The notes under the pieces were generated by a model that did not search any database, was not told where the DNA came from, and saw only the letters and a list, made by a program, of their open reading frames with translations. A stretch of 64,000 bases of DNA, taken from positions 2,421 through 66,420 of IMG/VR virus record IMGVR_UViG_3300029959_000012; one strand, 5' to 3'. A program made the position numbers and the translations under genes. The DNA comes from a virus (Duplodnaviria; Caudoviricetes). Below are positions 38,334-48,134 of the stretch, in pieces. Every line of letters begins with the position of its first letter. Position 1 is the first letter of the stretch.

Positions 38334-39290
38334 TTACTGGTTGCCCATGGTAAGTGGATCACAAACAGTGTTGAGAACCATGATACGATCGTTGTTGTTC
38401 TTCTGATTCTTGGAGTTTGGATAAACCATGGTACCGAAGTAACGAGTGTTAATCAAGTAATCAGTTCCTTCTCGTGCATCACGACCCTGTTCTACTTCAG
38501 GAACTTCAGAACCACTGTAGGTGTAATGATCTGCAGTTTCATCGGATTTAATGACACAGACAGTCTTTCCAACATAATTGAGTTTCTGTGAACCTACCCA
38601 TGTGATACCAAAGTTATCTCCTGCCCACTGGAAATCAGTAGTGTTGACCTGTGATCTGGTTACAAGGACATTTGCCTGTGACGCTTCGAAGAGTTTTGCT
38701 GGCTGACGAATCTGGGAATATAGTTTTGCTGGGTAATACACAACCATGTTGTTGATATCGTCTTCAGAGATCTTTGCAATATCCTTAGTAAATGCTGCAT
38801 CAATGAGATTGCCAAGGTCACCTGCTGGATCTGCTGCTGAAGTGTTCCACTTTGCTCCTGCAGTTGCAGATACACCGTAACTGGTGAGGAATGTTCGTAG
38901 GATTTCTAGATCTCGATTCCATGCAAAAGTCTTGGATGCGCTCTTAATGGAATTGGTGAGTTGTACTGCACGATCTAGTCGAATCTTGGACTCATCGGTA
39001 ATTTCTACACCACAACGATACTTGGTAAGGTGAATAACTTTCTCATATTGAGTTGGACGGCTGTAAGCACCGGTGGTACCTTCCCCAATCTCGAATAGTG
39101 GAGCAAGTTCATCATCCTGACAGAACATGTGAACATCAATATTTTCAGTAGTTCGCATATTAACTGCGTCGATAAATTCCATCTTACGAAATGTATTGAT
39201 ATCAACTAAACGAGATATGGCGGTCGATCCAGCCTTCAGTGCATTTTGAATTTCACTGTTCTGAATACCTAATGAATAAGTGTCTACCAT
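38334..39290 (-). CDS. major capsid protein (HK97 fold)
   Basis: 318 aa; EIGEG, KYRCGVEITDE and long helix FAWNRDLEIL; follows the protease and decoration genes. Confidence 0.85.
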   Translation of the reverse strand: MVDTYSLGIQNSEIQNALKAGSTAISRLVDINTFRKMEFIDAVNMRTTENIDVHMFCQDDELAPLFEIGEGTTGAYSRPTQYEKVIHLTKYRCGVEITDESKIRLDRAVQLTNSIKSASKTFAWNRDLEILRTFLTSYGVSATAGAKWNTSAADPAGDLGNLIDAAFTKDIAKISEDDINNMVVYYPAKLYSQIRQPAKLFEASQANVLVTRSQVNTTDFQWAGDNFGITWVGSQKLNYVGKTVCVIKSDETADHYTYSGSEVPEVEQGRDAREGTDYLINTRYFGTMVYPNSKNQKNNNDRIMVLNTVCDPLTMGNQ

Positions 39291-39301
39291 TTTATTTCAC
39301 C

Positions 39302-39892
39302 TCATGCTTTCTTAACTTGAACAAATTCTGGCTTCATTGCAACGAACTTTGCACCGTTTGCACCAGCAGAATTGTCAACTGGGTATTCTGCATATCCAAT
39401 GATGTAGTAACCAGAGATTGCTTTGGTTGCAAATCCACCATCGAATGCGGCGATTTCGTCACCAGCGTTAAATACAACACCTGCTTTAACAGGAACACCG
39501 ATAAGTTCAGATGCATTGAGTGGTGCAAAACTTAAAGAAGTCCAATTTGCAATAGATCCAGCATATGCAATGCCCTGTCCATCTGTTTCACCACAATTTG
39601 CAGTTAGTGGGAAGAGTTCATCGGTTGCACCTGGAAGTGGATGCTGTTTGTAAGTATTGACAAATGCGTAACCCTTGGCTTGTGATCCGCTGGTTGCTGG
39701 AATTGCAACGCGCTTGGTTGGAACTGCTGCAGCATCATAGGTGCTGGAAATTGCAAGATTTACAAGAATCCCTTCAAATTTAAACTGATATGGAGTCCTG
39801 TAACTCATATTTGTATTTTTATCCTGTAGCCTGCCACCATTCACAGAAGTGTTGGTGATCTGGCCTATATCGGAAAAATCATTGATGATCAT
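39302..39892 (-). CDS. capsid cement/decoration protein
   Basis: 196-aa beta-rich protein between protease and capsid genes (FNAGDEIAAFDGGFATKA...IIGYA). Confidence 0.6.
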   Translation of the reverse strand: MIINDFSDIGQITNTSVNGGRLQDKNTNMSYRTPYQFKFEGILVNLAISSTYDAAAVPTKRVAIPATSGSQAKGYAFVNTYKQHPLPGATDELFPLTANCGETDGQGIAYAGSIANWTSLSFAPLNASELIGVPVKAGVVFNAGDEIAAFDGGFATKAISGYYIIGYAEYPVDNSAGANGAKFVAMKPEFVQVKKA

Positions 39893-39992
39893 CTAATTTC
39901 ACCTTGGTTTTAAGTTTTATATATTTACCTTTATTTAAGTTAGTGGTGATTACAGAGTATATGATTATATAAAAATAATAGAAGTGTAAATT

Positions 39993-41174
39993 CTAGTTTC
40001 CAATGTATTTTCCAGATTCATCGAATAATGGAGCGAAAATTCCAAATTGTTCCTTGGTGAGATCTTCCATCATCCTGCGATGAACTTCGTTATTGGGACT
40101 ATTGATTCCTACTGCCGCAAGAGCACTAGAAATATCAACATAATTTTTATCTGCGGTAGATCCACCTACACTTGATACATCGGTGATTGGTGCTGACATA
40201 GGAGTCTTAATCGCGAAAGCCTCTTTATATTTGTCAAGCATCATGAGTTGAGTTTCCATGGACATGGAGTCATCAACCAGTTTCTTGGGTTCTGCAATAC
40301 CAAGTTTAGTGAGTTCAGCAAATCTTTCATCGCGCTGACGTTTTAGAAGTTTAGAATGCTCGGCTTCAAGTTTTGCTAACTTTTCAGCAAGTTCAGGTGG
40401 AACACTACTAGTGGGAGATTCAGTAATTGGTGCTTTAACTTCCGTGGTGACTTCAGGGGTGACTTCCGGGGTAACACCCTTAACGGCTTCTGCTACAGCA
40501 CCTTTAATGAGGTTCTGAAGTTCTTCTGGAGTCATACTAATCGTAGGCTGTACAGTTGGAGTAATTGGTTCTGGGGTTGTAACTGGTGTCATAATTGGAG
40601 TTTCCTGTTTAGTTTTATCGATGTTAGTTTGGTTAATTTTGTTAATTGATTCATTGAGATTGTCGATTTTCTTGGTAATTTCACTGAAGGAATCTGCCCA
40701 AGAATCAGTGGGGGTTGGTGGTGTAGTTCCTTCGGGGGCATCGAAATGGTGAATGCTGGTTGTGTAGGGTGTTTTGATCATACCTGGGTTATTGCTTAAA
40801 GCCCATCCATCATATGTAGCACCAACAACACGACCATTCACGCTATCAAGTTGAATTTCCGGAGAAATGTATTTGAATCCATTTTTCTGCTGTTCCTTGA
40901 AAGTTTTAGGATCGGTTATGAGTGACTTCTGTATGATCTTTTTGCCATCACTACTCAATATATATTTTTTAACTTCAGCAATAGGTTTACCATCATGTAT
41001 CGCTTTTCCTGGTGTAGTATCCTTGATGTTGTGATATATTTCTGACAACACATCTTCGTCTAAAGTGACTTTCTCACCTTTAGAATCGGTGAAAGTTCCA
41101 ACTTCTAGAATTGGACTTTCAATGGTATATGTGTCAATATCCTTTATTTGGGACATTATGCGAAGGATATTCAA
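39993..41174 (-). CDS. prohead protease/scaffold protein (Mu gpI-like)
   Basis: ILEVGTFTDSKG...HDG...YISPE...ALSNNPGM protease domain, followed by a Pro/Thr linker and coiled-coil scaffold. Confidence 0.8.
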   Translation of the reverse strand: MNILRIMSQIKDIDTYTIESPILEVGTFTDSKGEKVTLDEDVLSEIYHNIKDTTPGKAIHDGKPIAEVKKYILSSDGKKIIQKSLITDPKTFKEQQKNGFKYISPEIQLDSVNGRVVGATYDGWALSNNPGMIKTPYTTSIHHFDAPEGTTPPTPTDSWADSFSEITKKIDNLNESINKINQTNIDKTKQETPIMTPVTTPEPITPTVQPTISMTPEELQNLIKGAVAEAVKGVTPEVTPEVTTEVKAPITESPTSSVPPELAEKLAKLEAEHSKLLKRQRDERFAELTKLGIAEPKKLVDDSMSMETQLMMLDKYKEAFAIKTPMSAPITDVSSVGGSTADKNYVDISSALAAVGINSPNNEVHRRMMEDLTKEQFGIFAPLFDESGKYIGN

Positions 41175-41233
41175 GATTTACCTTTTATAAATCTAATGGA
41201 TCGGCGCATAGAATTAATAGTATATACAATAAC

Positions 41234-41323
41234 TTTATATAGTGTGAAGGACCACCTGTATGTTGACCCAAGTAGCAAGACGAACGGAAAAGGGGAATCT
41301 TCTTTTCTTGTTGTTTTGTTATG
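41234..41323 (+). ncRNA. dispersed hairpin sRNA-like element, copy E7
   Basis: TTTATATA, GACCACCTGTATGTT, about 22-bp stem, CTTGTTGTTTTGTTATG. Confidence 0.65.
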
Positions 41324-41411
41324 ATGGTTCTGCTGTTTTTAAATCGCTTGAATTGTAAGTTCGGGTCTTTTGGTAGGTATTGTTTTATAATATTACATCA
41401 TATGTATTGTT

Positions 41412-41729
41412 ATGATTTGTCCAATTATATCGAAAGGTAGTGATATATTTGAATGCGTAAAGGATAAGTGTGAGGCATGGGAGCCTGAATGCCGTTTATC
41501 TGAATCTAGTAAAGATTGTCATCATCCATGTTGGGGTGATGTTGCGTGTCATTGGTGCACTGGGTTCTGTAAGTTGATTGACAAACCAATTGAAATAATT
41601 GCACAAATGGAAGCACTTGACAAGGTAGAAAAAGAATTTAATAAACAAAGAATGAAGGATAGAGTTAAATCTAAAAAGTTTAGAGATGATCTTCCAGATG
41701 TGACACCTGGAGATATTGCATCATTTTAA
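41412..41729 (+). CDS. Cys-rich hypothetical protein
   Basis: MICPIIS...C..DKCEAW...CKL; TTTTATAA 29 nt upstream (leaderless type). Confidence 0.7.
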   Translation: MICPIISKGSDIFECVKDKCEAWEPECRLSESSKDCHHPCWGDVACHWCTGFCKLIDKPIEIIAQMEALDKVEKEFNKQRMKDRVKSKKFRDDLPDVTPGDIASF

Positions 41730-41732
41730 ATT

Positions 41733-43391
41733 TTATCCTTGATTTATTCTTTTTAATGGTTCGCGGGCTGCTGCATCACCAACATCGGTTGGTTGGGTGT
41801 TGGCGCTATGACGAGTTGTTGGATATTTTGGTGATTTAGTAGTAGAGTTGGTTGATATACCATCAGTTTCACCTTTGTCACTACCAAGGCTTTCGCGGGC
41901 CATTGCCTGATCCATTGATTTAGATTGGAGTGGAGTTGGTTTGACAATGTCTTTTCGCTGTTCTTCGGTAAGTGGTTTGAGGCCAATTTCTGCACGTATT
42001 TCTGCGCTAGTGCATTCACCGAGTTCTTTCTTCATGATGGCGTTTTTGTGATTGTCGATAGTGTTGCTGGACATGTCGTAACTAATTGTGCATTCGAGCC
42101 ATTCGACTGGATATTGCGAGTTTATTAGGGATAGACGTTCTTTGATGACTTTGAGTATGACACGTGATAGTTTGGTGGTCATTTGTTCGATCTTGAGTGA
42201 AGCGTAACTATAGATGGCGAGTTCACCCGCGTAATTTGAGGTGGATTGGCCCTTAATGATTGAAACGGGCATGTTTATGGCGCTGAAGATGCTCTCGGTA
42301 GTTTGATCGAGGAGTTCGTTGGCCTGGACGAAGTTGGCATTTTTGGGTTCGACATATTGCAGGGTTGTGGTGTCAAGGTGGACGAACGCGGCATCGGGTG
42401 CGGTGTTTTCGAGGGCTGATTTCTGCATTTCCACAGTGTTGGTTGCGTCTGACACCGCTTTTTGCATACGAACTTCGGGTGTGCCTACATATTGACCGGT
42501 TGAGAAGGATTCTCCTTGGATGCTGCAGTCTAGTTTGGGCATTGCTTTATATCGCCACATTGCATCGTTGGCCATTAATACACGACGATACCATACGGGG
42601 ATTACGGCGCGACGAAGTGGCGAAACTGCGTAGATTCCATAGGTGTTGCGACCCTTGCAATCTTCCACGTATATGGGTGTGTCTCGTAATCGAATGATGA
42701 CGAATTCATCTTTAGAGAGGATTTTTTGGCTTGGAAGTTGCTCATCGAGCACGAGGTAGTTGGCTTCGGTGATTAGGTTGTCATAACCAATTTGGTTCAT
42801 CGCGGGGTTGTGTATGCGATCCGGGTGATCGATGATTGTGACGCGATCATTGGGTAGGACTGTTATGGAGAGGTTTGATCGTATCCATAGGAATAAGTTG
42901 CCGTGGATTTGGAGGATGCTGGCCCACGCTTCGAGCATATCGCTGATGTAAAGTTCAGTACCCAATTTGTTAGCAACATCGACCATTTCAGATGCGAGGG
43001 CTTTCTTGGCCTTGTTGAATGTTATTGTGGTGTCATCATCAACATACAGGCTATTTGGCATGTTGTCCATTTCGCTGTCATTGACGAGGCTGAAGCACTT
43101 GAAGGCTTTGCGAACCATCAGGCTGCTGGCATCGATGCTAGTGGCGATTTCGGGTTCCATTACGTAGAGGTGTTCTAGAAGTTCATCACGGTTGTATCGC
43201 GTCATATCGCTGATGCTTTCAACGAAATTCACGAAGTTGCTTTGGCTGTATTGGGCGGCTAGACTACCTGCTATTGCGGGGTTGATGAAGTCAGCACTGG
43301 ATTGTTTGGAACTTTTGCTGCCATAAGGTGCGCTAAAATGGTGTTTTCGCGACGTTATGGAACGAGGATTGTAATTGGACTTTTTTGACAT
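41733..43391 (-). CDS. portal protein
   Basis: 552 aa between terminase and protease genes; YAVSPLRRA and IFSAINMPVSIIKG portal-type motifs. Confidence 0.8.
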   Translation of the reverse strand: MSKKSNYNPRSITSRKHHFSAPYGSKSSKQSSADFINPAIAGSLAAQYSQSNFVNFVESISDMTRYNRDELLEHLYVMEPEIATSIDASSLMVRKAFKCFSLVNDSEMDNMPNSLYVDDDTTITFNKAKKALASEMVDVANKLGTELYISDMLEAWASILQIHGNLFLWIRSNLSITVLPNDRVTIIDHPDRIHNPAMNQIGYDNLITEANYLVLDEQLPSQKILSKDEFVIIRLRDTPIYVEDCKGRNTYGIYAVSPLRRAVIPVWYRRVLMANDAMWRYKAMPKLDCSIQGESFSTGQYVGTPEVRMQKAVSDATNTVEMQKSALENTAPDAAFVHLDTTTLQYVEPKNANFVQANELLDQTTESIFSAINMPVSIIKGQSTSNYAGELAIYSYASLKIEQMTTKLSRVILKVIKERLSLINSQYPVEWLECTISYDMSSNTIDNHKNAIMKKELGECTSAEIRAEIGLKPLTEEQRKDIVKPTPLQSKSMDQAMARESLGSDKGETDGISTNSTTKSPKYPTTRHSANTQPTDVGDAAAREPLKRINQG

Positions 43392-43441
43392 TATACGGGT
43401 ACCTTTTATAATTTACATTTGATAAAATTACATGGCGGTGA

Positions 43442-43585
43442 TTATGAACGGTGAGATTTGACGTAGGTGAGTATGGATTCGGCGTATGTTTCGATGCGTT
43501 GGCGATCTTGGGTTGTGAGGTTTTCATATCGTTCGCCGTTGGCCATACAGATGAGTTCAGCAATGCCTTGGGTTATGTTTGACAT
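43442..43585 (-). CDS. small hypothetical protein (47 aa)
   Basis: MSNITQGIAELICMANGERYENL...; upstream TTTTATATA. Confidence 0.5.
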   Translation of the reverse strand: MSNITQGIAELICMANGERYENLTTQDRQRIETYAESILTYVKSHRS

Positions 43586-43680
43586 ATGTAAGGATTGGGT
43601 GTGAGATTTACAATATATAAAACACGTGTTGGAATTTTGAGTGAGTTAAAAATAGGTGGTGATTTATATATTTGTGGTGA

Positions 43681-45168
43681 TCAGAACCTTCGCATCATGA
43701 TGACTGGTTTGTAAGTTGCTCCGGTTTCATGACTTGTCAAATACCAGATACAATTTGCTACACAGTCGCTAACGTCCTTGCTTCCATTCCAAGGATGATC
43801 CGGCTTTATTTTTCCAGTCGCGGTCTGTTTCTTGACTAATTGTCTTGCTTCTCGAAGTAGCAATTCGTCGTGAACAACATCGAGTTGATATGGGCCTATT
43901 CCATCGTTAAGTTCAAGCCATTGGGAATATGCATCGATACCTGCTACATGTTTAACAAGTTCTATACCGTGATTTTTTACTTCTTCAAGTGTTTCTAAAT
44001 ACATATCAGTATCAAATATAAATGCTTGAACATGTAGTTTATTGATCCATTCTAAAATGTAATTTCTTATATCAGATGGTTTAATAAACGCTTCGTTTGA
44101 TGCTATTTTTTCAAATCGCTTAACTCCATCAATTATTATGTGTTCTCCTACTCTATAACCAACCGCAATACCAAAACTATCATTACGATATGCAGGATCT
44201 ATTGCCATTACGTGGTGGATGTGGTTATAATCATCTGGTAATTCATCTCGTTCAAATACATTGATCATTGGAGTGAGTCTAACTCCTCCTGGAAACATCA
44301 GTCCACCACTTACTTCTGGCTGATTAGCAAAGTCACGGTAGAAGATATCCATCTTATATTTGTATTCTTCACGAAGAACTTCTTCTGATACTTCTGGTGA
44401 AGGGTTGACTTCCCATGTCTTAAATGAAACAGCAAGGGTTAATTCTCCTTTTTCTGGAGTCATTTCTTCAAGTCCATCATAGTATAATTTATTAATTAGA
44501 CCATCTGTATATTGAACCGATGAAATTGCTACTACTTTGCCGTTTCGACCAAGAGTTTTTGTGGAATTGACAAATTTTGAATATATCATGTCACTTCCCA
44601 TCTTGGAATCTGTCTTTTGAAAAAGGTCAATCTCGTCAAAAAATGCCGCTTTTGCCGTATAACCGGCCGCGGTGGCTGCGTTGGCAGCACGGACCTGCAT
44701 AAAGACGTTTTTTTCTTCACATTCTATTCGATCTTCTTTATATTTTAAAGTCCAATACTTATTGATAAATTCAGATTCTTTTAAGAACCCAGATGCTAAT
44801 CTATATATACCATCTCTAGCCTGATCTGCTCCAGCAGCCACACAACTCACTACGATTGGCTGTATACTTACTAATCCGTAATGTTCTGCTGGGTTTTCAA
44901 GTGATATTAACTCAAAAAACTCGAAACATGCCATGGATGAAGCAAGTAAGGTCTTCCCAGCGCGCTGACCAATTCGAAGCACTAACTTCTTGTATTCTTG
45001 ATTTTGATCACTATACTTGTGTCGATAGAAATCTCTAACAATTTTTTCTTGTGCCGGGTATAGAGTTTTAAATCCTAAAACTTCTTTTATAAAATAAACA
45101 GGATCGTTTCTGCATTTATTGACTTCCTTTGAAAATTCAATACTTTCAGCAACAGAGTCAAATTTCAT
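43681..45168 (-). CDS. terL: terminase large subunit
   Basis: Walker A GQRAGKT, Walker B AFFDEID, nuclease AIDPAYRND and KDVSDCVA. Confidence 0.93.
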   Translation of the reverse strand: MKFDSVAESIEFSKEVNKCRNDPVYFIKEVLGFKTLYPAQEKIVRDFYRHKYSDQNQEYKKLVLRIGQRAGKTLLASSMACFEFFELISLENPAEHYGLVSIQPIVVSCVAAGADQARDGIYRLASGFLKESEFINKYWTLKYKEDRIECEEKNVFMQVRAANAATAAGYTAKAAFFDEIDLFQKTDSKMGSDMIYSKFVNSTKTLGRNGKVVAISSVQYTDGLINKLYYDGLEEMTPEKGELTLAVSFKTWEVNPSPEVSEEVLREEYKYKMDIFYRDFANQPEVSGGLMFPGGVRLTPMINVFERDELPDDYNHIHHVMAIDPAYRNDSFGIAVGYRVGEHIIIDGVKRFEKIASNEAFIKPSDIRNYILEWINKLHVQAFIFDTDMYLETLEEVKNHGIELVKHVAGIDAYSQWLELNDGIGPYQLDVVHDELLLREARQLVKKQTATGKIKPDHPWNGSKDVSDCVANCIWYLTSHETGATYKPVIMMRRF

Positions 45169-45208
45169 TTAGGAAAAAAGAATGTTTACTTTATATAAAC
45201 ATTGAGAA

Positions 45209-45751
45209 TTATTTGAGTAGGTGCATCACGCTATCCAATTTCTTCATGACACGTGGTTGACATTTATCGCATAGACATCCACCACTCAAAATATCAGTGA
45301 TGATATTGAGGTTTCCTTCGACTTGCAGGATTTTCGTTTCGGAATCACCAGCGTTCTTGAGTCTGCCTTGGAATTCACCGAGTTTTGTAAGTGAATTGTT
45401 CATTTCCTTGGTTAATTTGGTGATTTGATCGATGAGTATGCTATCTACGTTGCCATCTGCATCACGTTGATCGATGACTTCCTGTAGGAGATCTTTGAGA
45501 GTGCCATACATGAAGCCAAATTCATTGAGATAGAAATCAGGCGATGATATGACTGTTTTGTCGATACCATTGACATTCTTGGTCATTATCTGCATTTCGT
45601 GGTGATTGATGTGTTCTATGACATCTTCCTTGTCCATGTCGAAATGCCGGGCTAAATCTTCAAGTGTTACGTTGGGTTTGGTGTGAAAATCCCTGGTAAA
45701 TTTAAAACCGATGGGACCACTTCTACAAATCGGGCACAGTTCTTTATCCAT
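45209..45751 (-). CDS. terminase small subunit (putative)
   Basis: Directly upstream of terL; CPIC, HTH-like segment and coiled coil. Confidence 0.65.
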   Translation of the reverse strand: MDKELCPICRSGPIGFKFTRDFHTKPNVTLEDLARHFDMDKEDVIEHINHHEMQIMTKNVNGIDKTVISSPDFYLNEFGFMYGTLKDLLQEVIDQRDADGNVDSILIDQITKLTKEMNNSLTKLGEFQGRLKNAGDSETKILQVEGNLNIITDILSGGCLCDKCQPRVMKKLDSVMHLLK

Positions 45752-45806
45752 ATTAGGGTTTACCTTTTTAGTTTTGTTGGTGTTGATAACGATGGAAAGT
45801 CCACCA

Positions 45807-46349
45807 TTAATGATAGTGCATCAATTTTGCATTGTTTACTTTATTTAAATCAAGTGACTGGGTCATTACGATAGGTAAAGGTTTTACATCATCACCTTTA
45901 CTTACATTCACCTGTAATATAACGGGTGTTCCATCATCGATTGTATCACCATACTGTTCATCGATCATCTCTTCCACGCGATCTTTGTAGACTTCAACAA
46001 GGTTACCGTATCCGAAATGCTCTAGAACATTGAACATCAGATCTTGAACCTCCTCTAGATCCATGTCATCTTTCTGGGTATCTGGAATCATAAAGGTGGT
46101 AACATCAACAACATCGAATGGATCGTTATTTTTGTGGTAAGTGAGCATATTACGGAAGGAGATGATGCCCTGTGCTTTAGTTGGGGCAGTGAACAAGTAA
46201 ATTTCCATTTCACCTTGGGTAATGACAAACGTGTAAGTGGATTCTTCGGTTTCGTAGCATTTGTAAGTTAAGACACCTTCCAGTGATACGAAGTTGGTGG
46301 ATTTCTTTTGAAAAGTATCAGTATATTCGAAGGTTTGAATAAAAACCAT
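45807..46349 (-). CDS. hypothetical acidic protein
   Basis: 180-aa ORF with upstream TATA box. Confidence 0.65.
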   Translation of the reverse strand: MVFIQTFEYTDTFQKKSTNFVSLEGVLTYKCYETEESTYTFVITQGEMEIYLFTAPTKAQGIISFRNMLTYHKNNDPFDVVDVTTFMIPDTQKDDMDLEEVQDLMFNVLEHFGYGNLVEVYKDRVEEMIDEQYGDTIDDGTPVILQVNVSKGDDVKPLPIVMTQSLDLNKVNNAKLMHYH

Positions 46350-46418
46350 GCGAGGATGTTGGTGTTTAATCTATATAATATTTTGGGTAATAGTTAAATA
46401 AAAGAGTTATATTTGGTG

Positions 46419-47108
46419 TTAGCATACACCAGTTATTTTATGGATAAATGGATCATTGTAAGTGGTAAATTCTCCATTTTCAAATTTTATGTGTTTAAAT
46501 GATGGTTCTATGCGTATGTGTATTGAAATTGTTTCTATATCATCTTCTAAATTACAATTTGAAATATATAATTTTAGTGGTTTGTCTCTTATGATAAAAC
46601 TACATTCTGCACGATTCAATGGTATACAACCAACCCAAGTTATTCCTGGTTCATCACTCTTGATAAGTCTCACTGAAGTTTTATTTATCAGTCGTGGCGA
46701 TCTTATATATGCATATAGTTTTGTTGGATAATATACATACCATCTATTGAAATTATAAGATATATCGATCCCTTTCTTTACATCTTCTGCTATTTTACAA
46801 TCTTCATCATTCCATTTTAATTGTGCTTCGGATGTAGATGATGTAAATTTTCCCAGACTAAATAATATTGAATTATCAATTTCATTTGCAAAGGAATTTG
46901 CTATTAATTTAACAAGGTTTTCATAAAAATCTGATTCAGTTAGCCATGAAGCATTGTCAATTAATGCATCCTTATTAATCTTATAACAAAATTTTAGATC
47001 TTTTTCAAAATTATCTTCACAATTTGTATAAACTTCACATGCGTCTATAAAATTCAATGATTTTAATATGCGTTTAATAATGTCGTTACTATCTAGTAGA
47101 TATTCCAT
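46419..47108 (-). CDS. truncated major capsid protein paralog (229 aa)
   Basis: VYYPTKLYAYIRSP versus MCP VYYPAKLYSQIRQP; GITWVG in both; FANEIDNSIL versus FAWNRDLEIL. Confidence 0.8.
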   Translation of the reverse strand: MEYLLDSNDIIKRILKSLNFIDACEVYTNCEDNFEKDLKFCYKINKDALIDNASWLTESDFYENLVKLIANSFANEIDNSILFSLGKFTSSTSEAQLKWNDEDCKIAEDVKKGIDISYNFNRWYVYYPTKLYAYIRSPRLINKTSVRLIKSDEPGITWVGCIPLNRAECSFIIRDKPLKLYISNCNLEDDIETISIHIRIEPSFKHIKFENGEFTTYNDPFIHKITGVC

Positions 47109-47197
47109 GATATATAATATGTTTCATTAATATTTATTGTTTTGTATTAACATTAAGTATCATACATTATTAGTATGGTAAAAGTTCATATGTAGTT

Positions 47198-47464
47198 ATG
47201 ATATTAGAGTGTTTGATTGCGATTGGAGTTATATTAACTGTTGGTTATATGATATTGCAAATGTGGATGCAGAGTAAAGTTGTGCCACAAATCGAGTTAG
47301 ATACAAGTGATCTGGTGTTTAATAGAGAGGGGCTGTGCCCAGAATGTTACAGTGATGATGTAGAAGTTTGTTACGTGGATGAACTGTTTAAAAAGGGTAA
47401 GTATGGGATTTGTCAAAATCCAAATTGTGGACTGGCTTTTGATCTACCAGAAGATAATGTTTAA
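47198..47464 (+). CDS. membrane-anchored zinc-ribbon protein
   Basis: N-terminal TM helix; CPEC and CQNPNC. Confidence 0.7.
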   Translation: MILECLIAIGVILTVGYMILQMWMQSKVVPQIELDTSDLVFNREGLCPECYSDDVEVCYVDELFKKGKYGICQNPNCGLAFDLPEDNV

Positions 47465-47718
47465 TTACTTATCCCATTTAATTTATATACAGAGTGATTA
47501 GAGGTTATAACAACATCAACATTTACACTCACTCCGTTTTTATCATCACTACCTTCTACATTTTCAATGAATTTAAATGGTGACAATTTAACTGTTAGGG
47601 CTTTTCCATCTATTACAAGTGCGCTATTAGCGTTGTTGAGGTAGTTGAGTTTTTGACTCCCGATAAATGTCACTGTTGTTATCTTTCCATGAAGTTGTAA
47701 CATCGCGTTCACCTGCAA
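47461..47718 (-). CDS. capsid-derived fragment, C-terminal part
   Basis: TFIGSQKLNY versus MCP TWVGSQKLNY. Confidence 0.6.
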   Translation of the reverse strand: MQVNAMLQLHGKITTVTFIGSQKLNYLNNANSALVIDGKALTVKLSPFKFIENVEGSDDKNGVSVNVDVVITSNHSVYKLNGISN

Positions 47719-47923
47719 TTGCAGCGAGATTTCGTATAATTACATTATCAAGGTTGTGTGCGATAATTTTAGATGCAGAACTAATTACTTCATCTTCTGA
47801 TAGATTTTTATCTACTAGCGCGGTGTATTTAACGCCATTGTTTTCAGAATCAAATACTAAATCTATAACTTTTGCAAACTCCATGCGTTCGGAAATACTC
47901 TTTTGGAATTTTTCTTTATCCAT
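47627..47923 (-). CDS. capsid-derived fragment, N-terminal part
   Basis: RMEFAKVI versus MCP KMEFIDAV; SASKIIAHNLDNVIIRNL versus SASKTFAWNRDLEILRTF. Confidence 0.65.
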   Translation of the reverse strand: MDKEKFQKSISERMEFAKVIDLVFDSENNGVKYTALVDKNLSEDEVISSASKIIAHNLDNVIIRNLAAIAGERDVTTSWKDNNSDIYRESKTQLPQQR

Positions 47924-48134
47924 AACTATAAAATGTATTTAATAATATATAACAGTTACTATATCAATAAATTTATATATTAGTAATATTATACAATAAT
48001 ATGTCATTTTGAATTGGCGTTCGACTGACTTATAATGGGATTTTAGTTATTACCTACTGCGGGGAGATCCTACCCGTCGAAAAGTTGGATCCCCACCTGC
48101 AACTTTTATAAATCTGCACGACATATAATTATGT

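Noticed and set aside
48020-48090. Hammerhead ribozyme (CTGA...CGAAA)
   Set aside because: CTGACTT does not match the required CUGANGA core.
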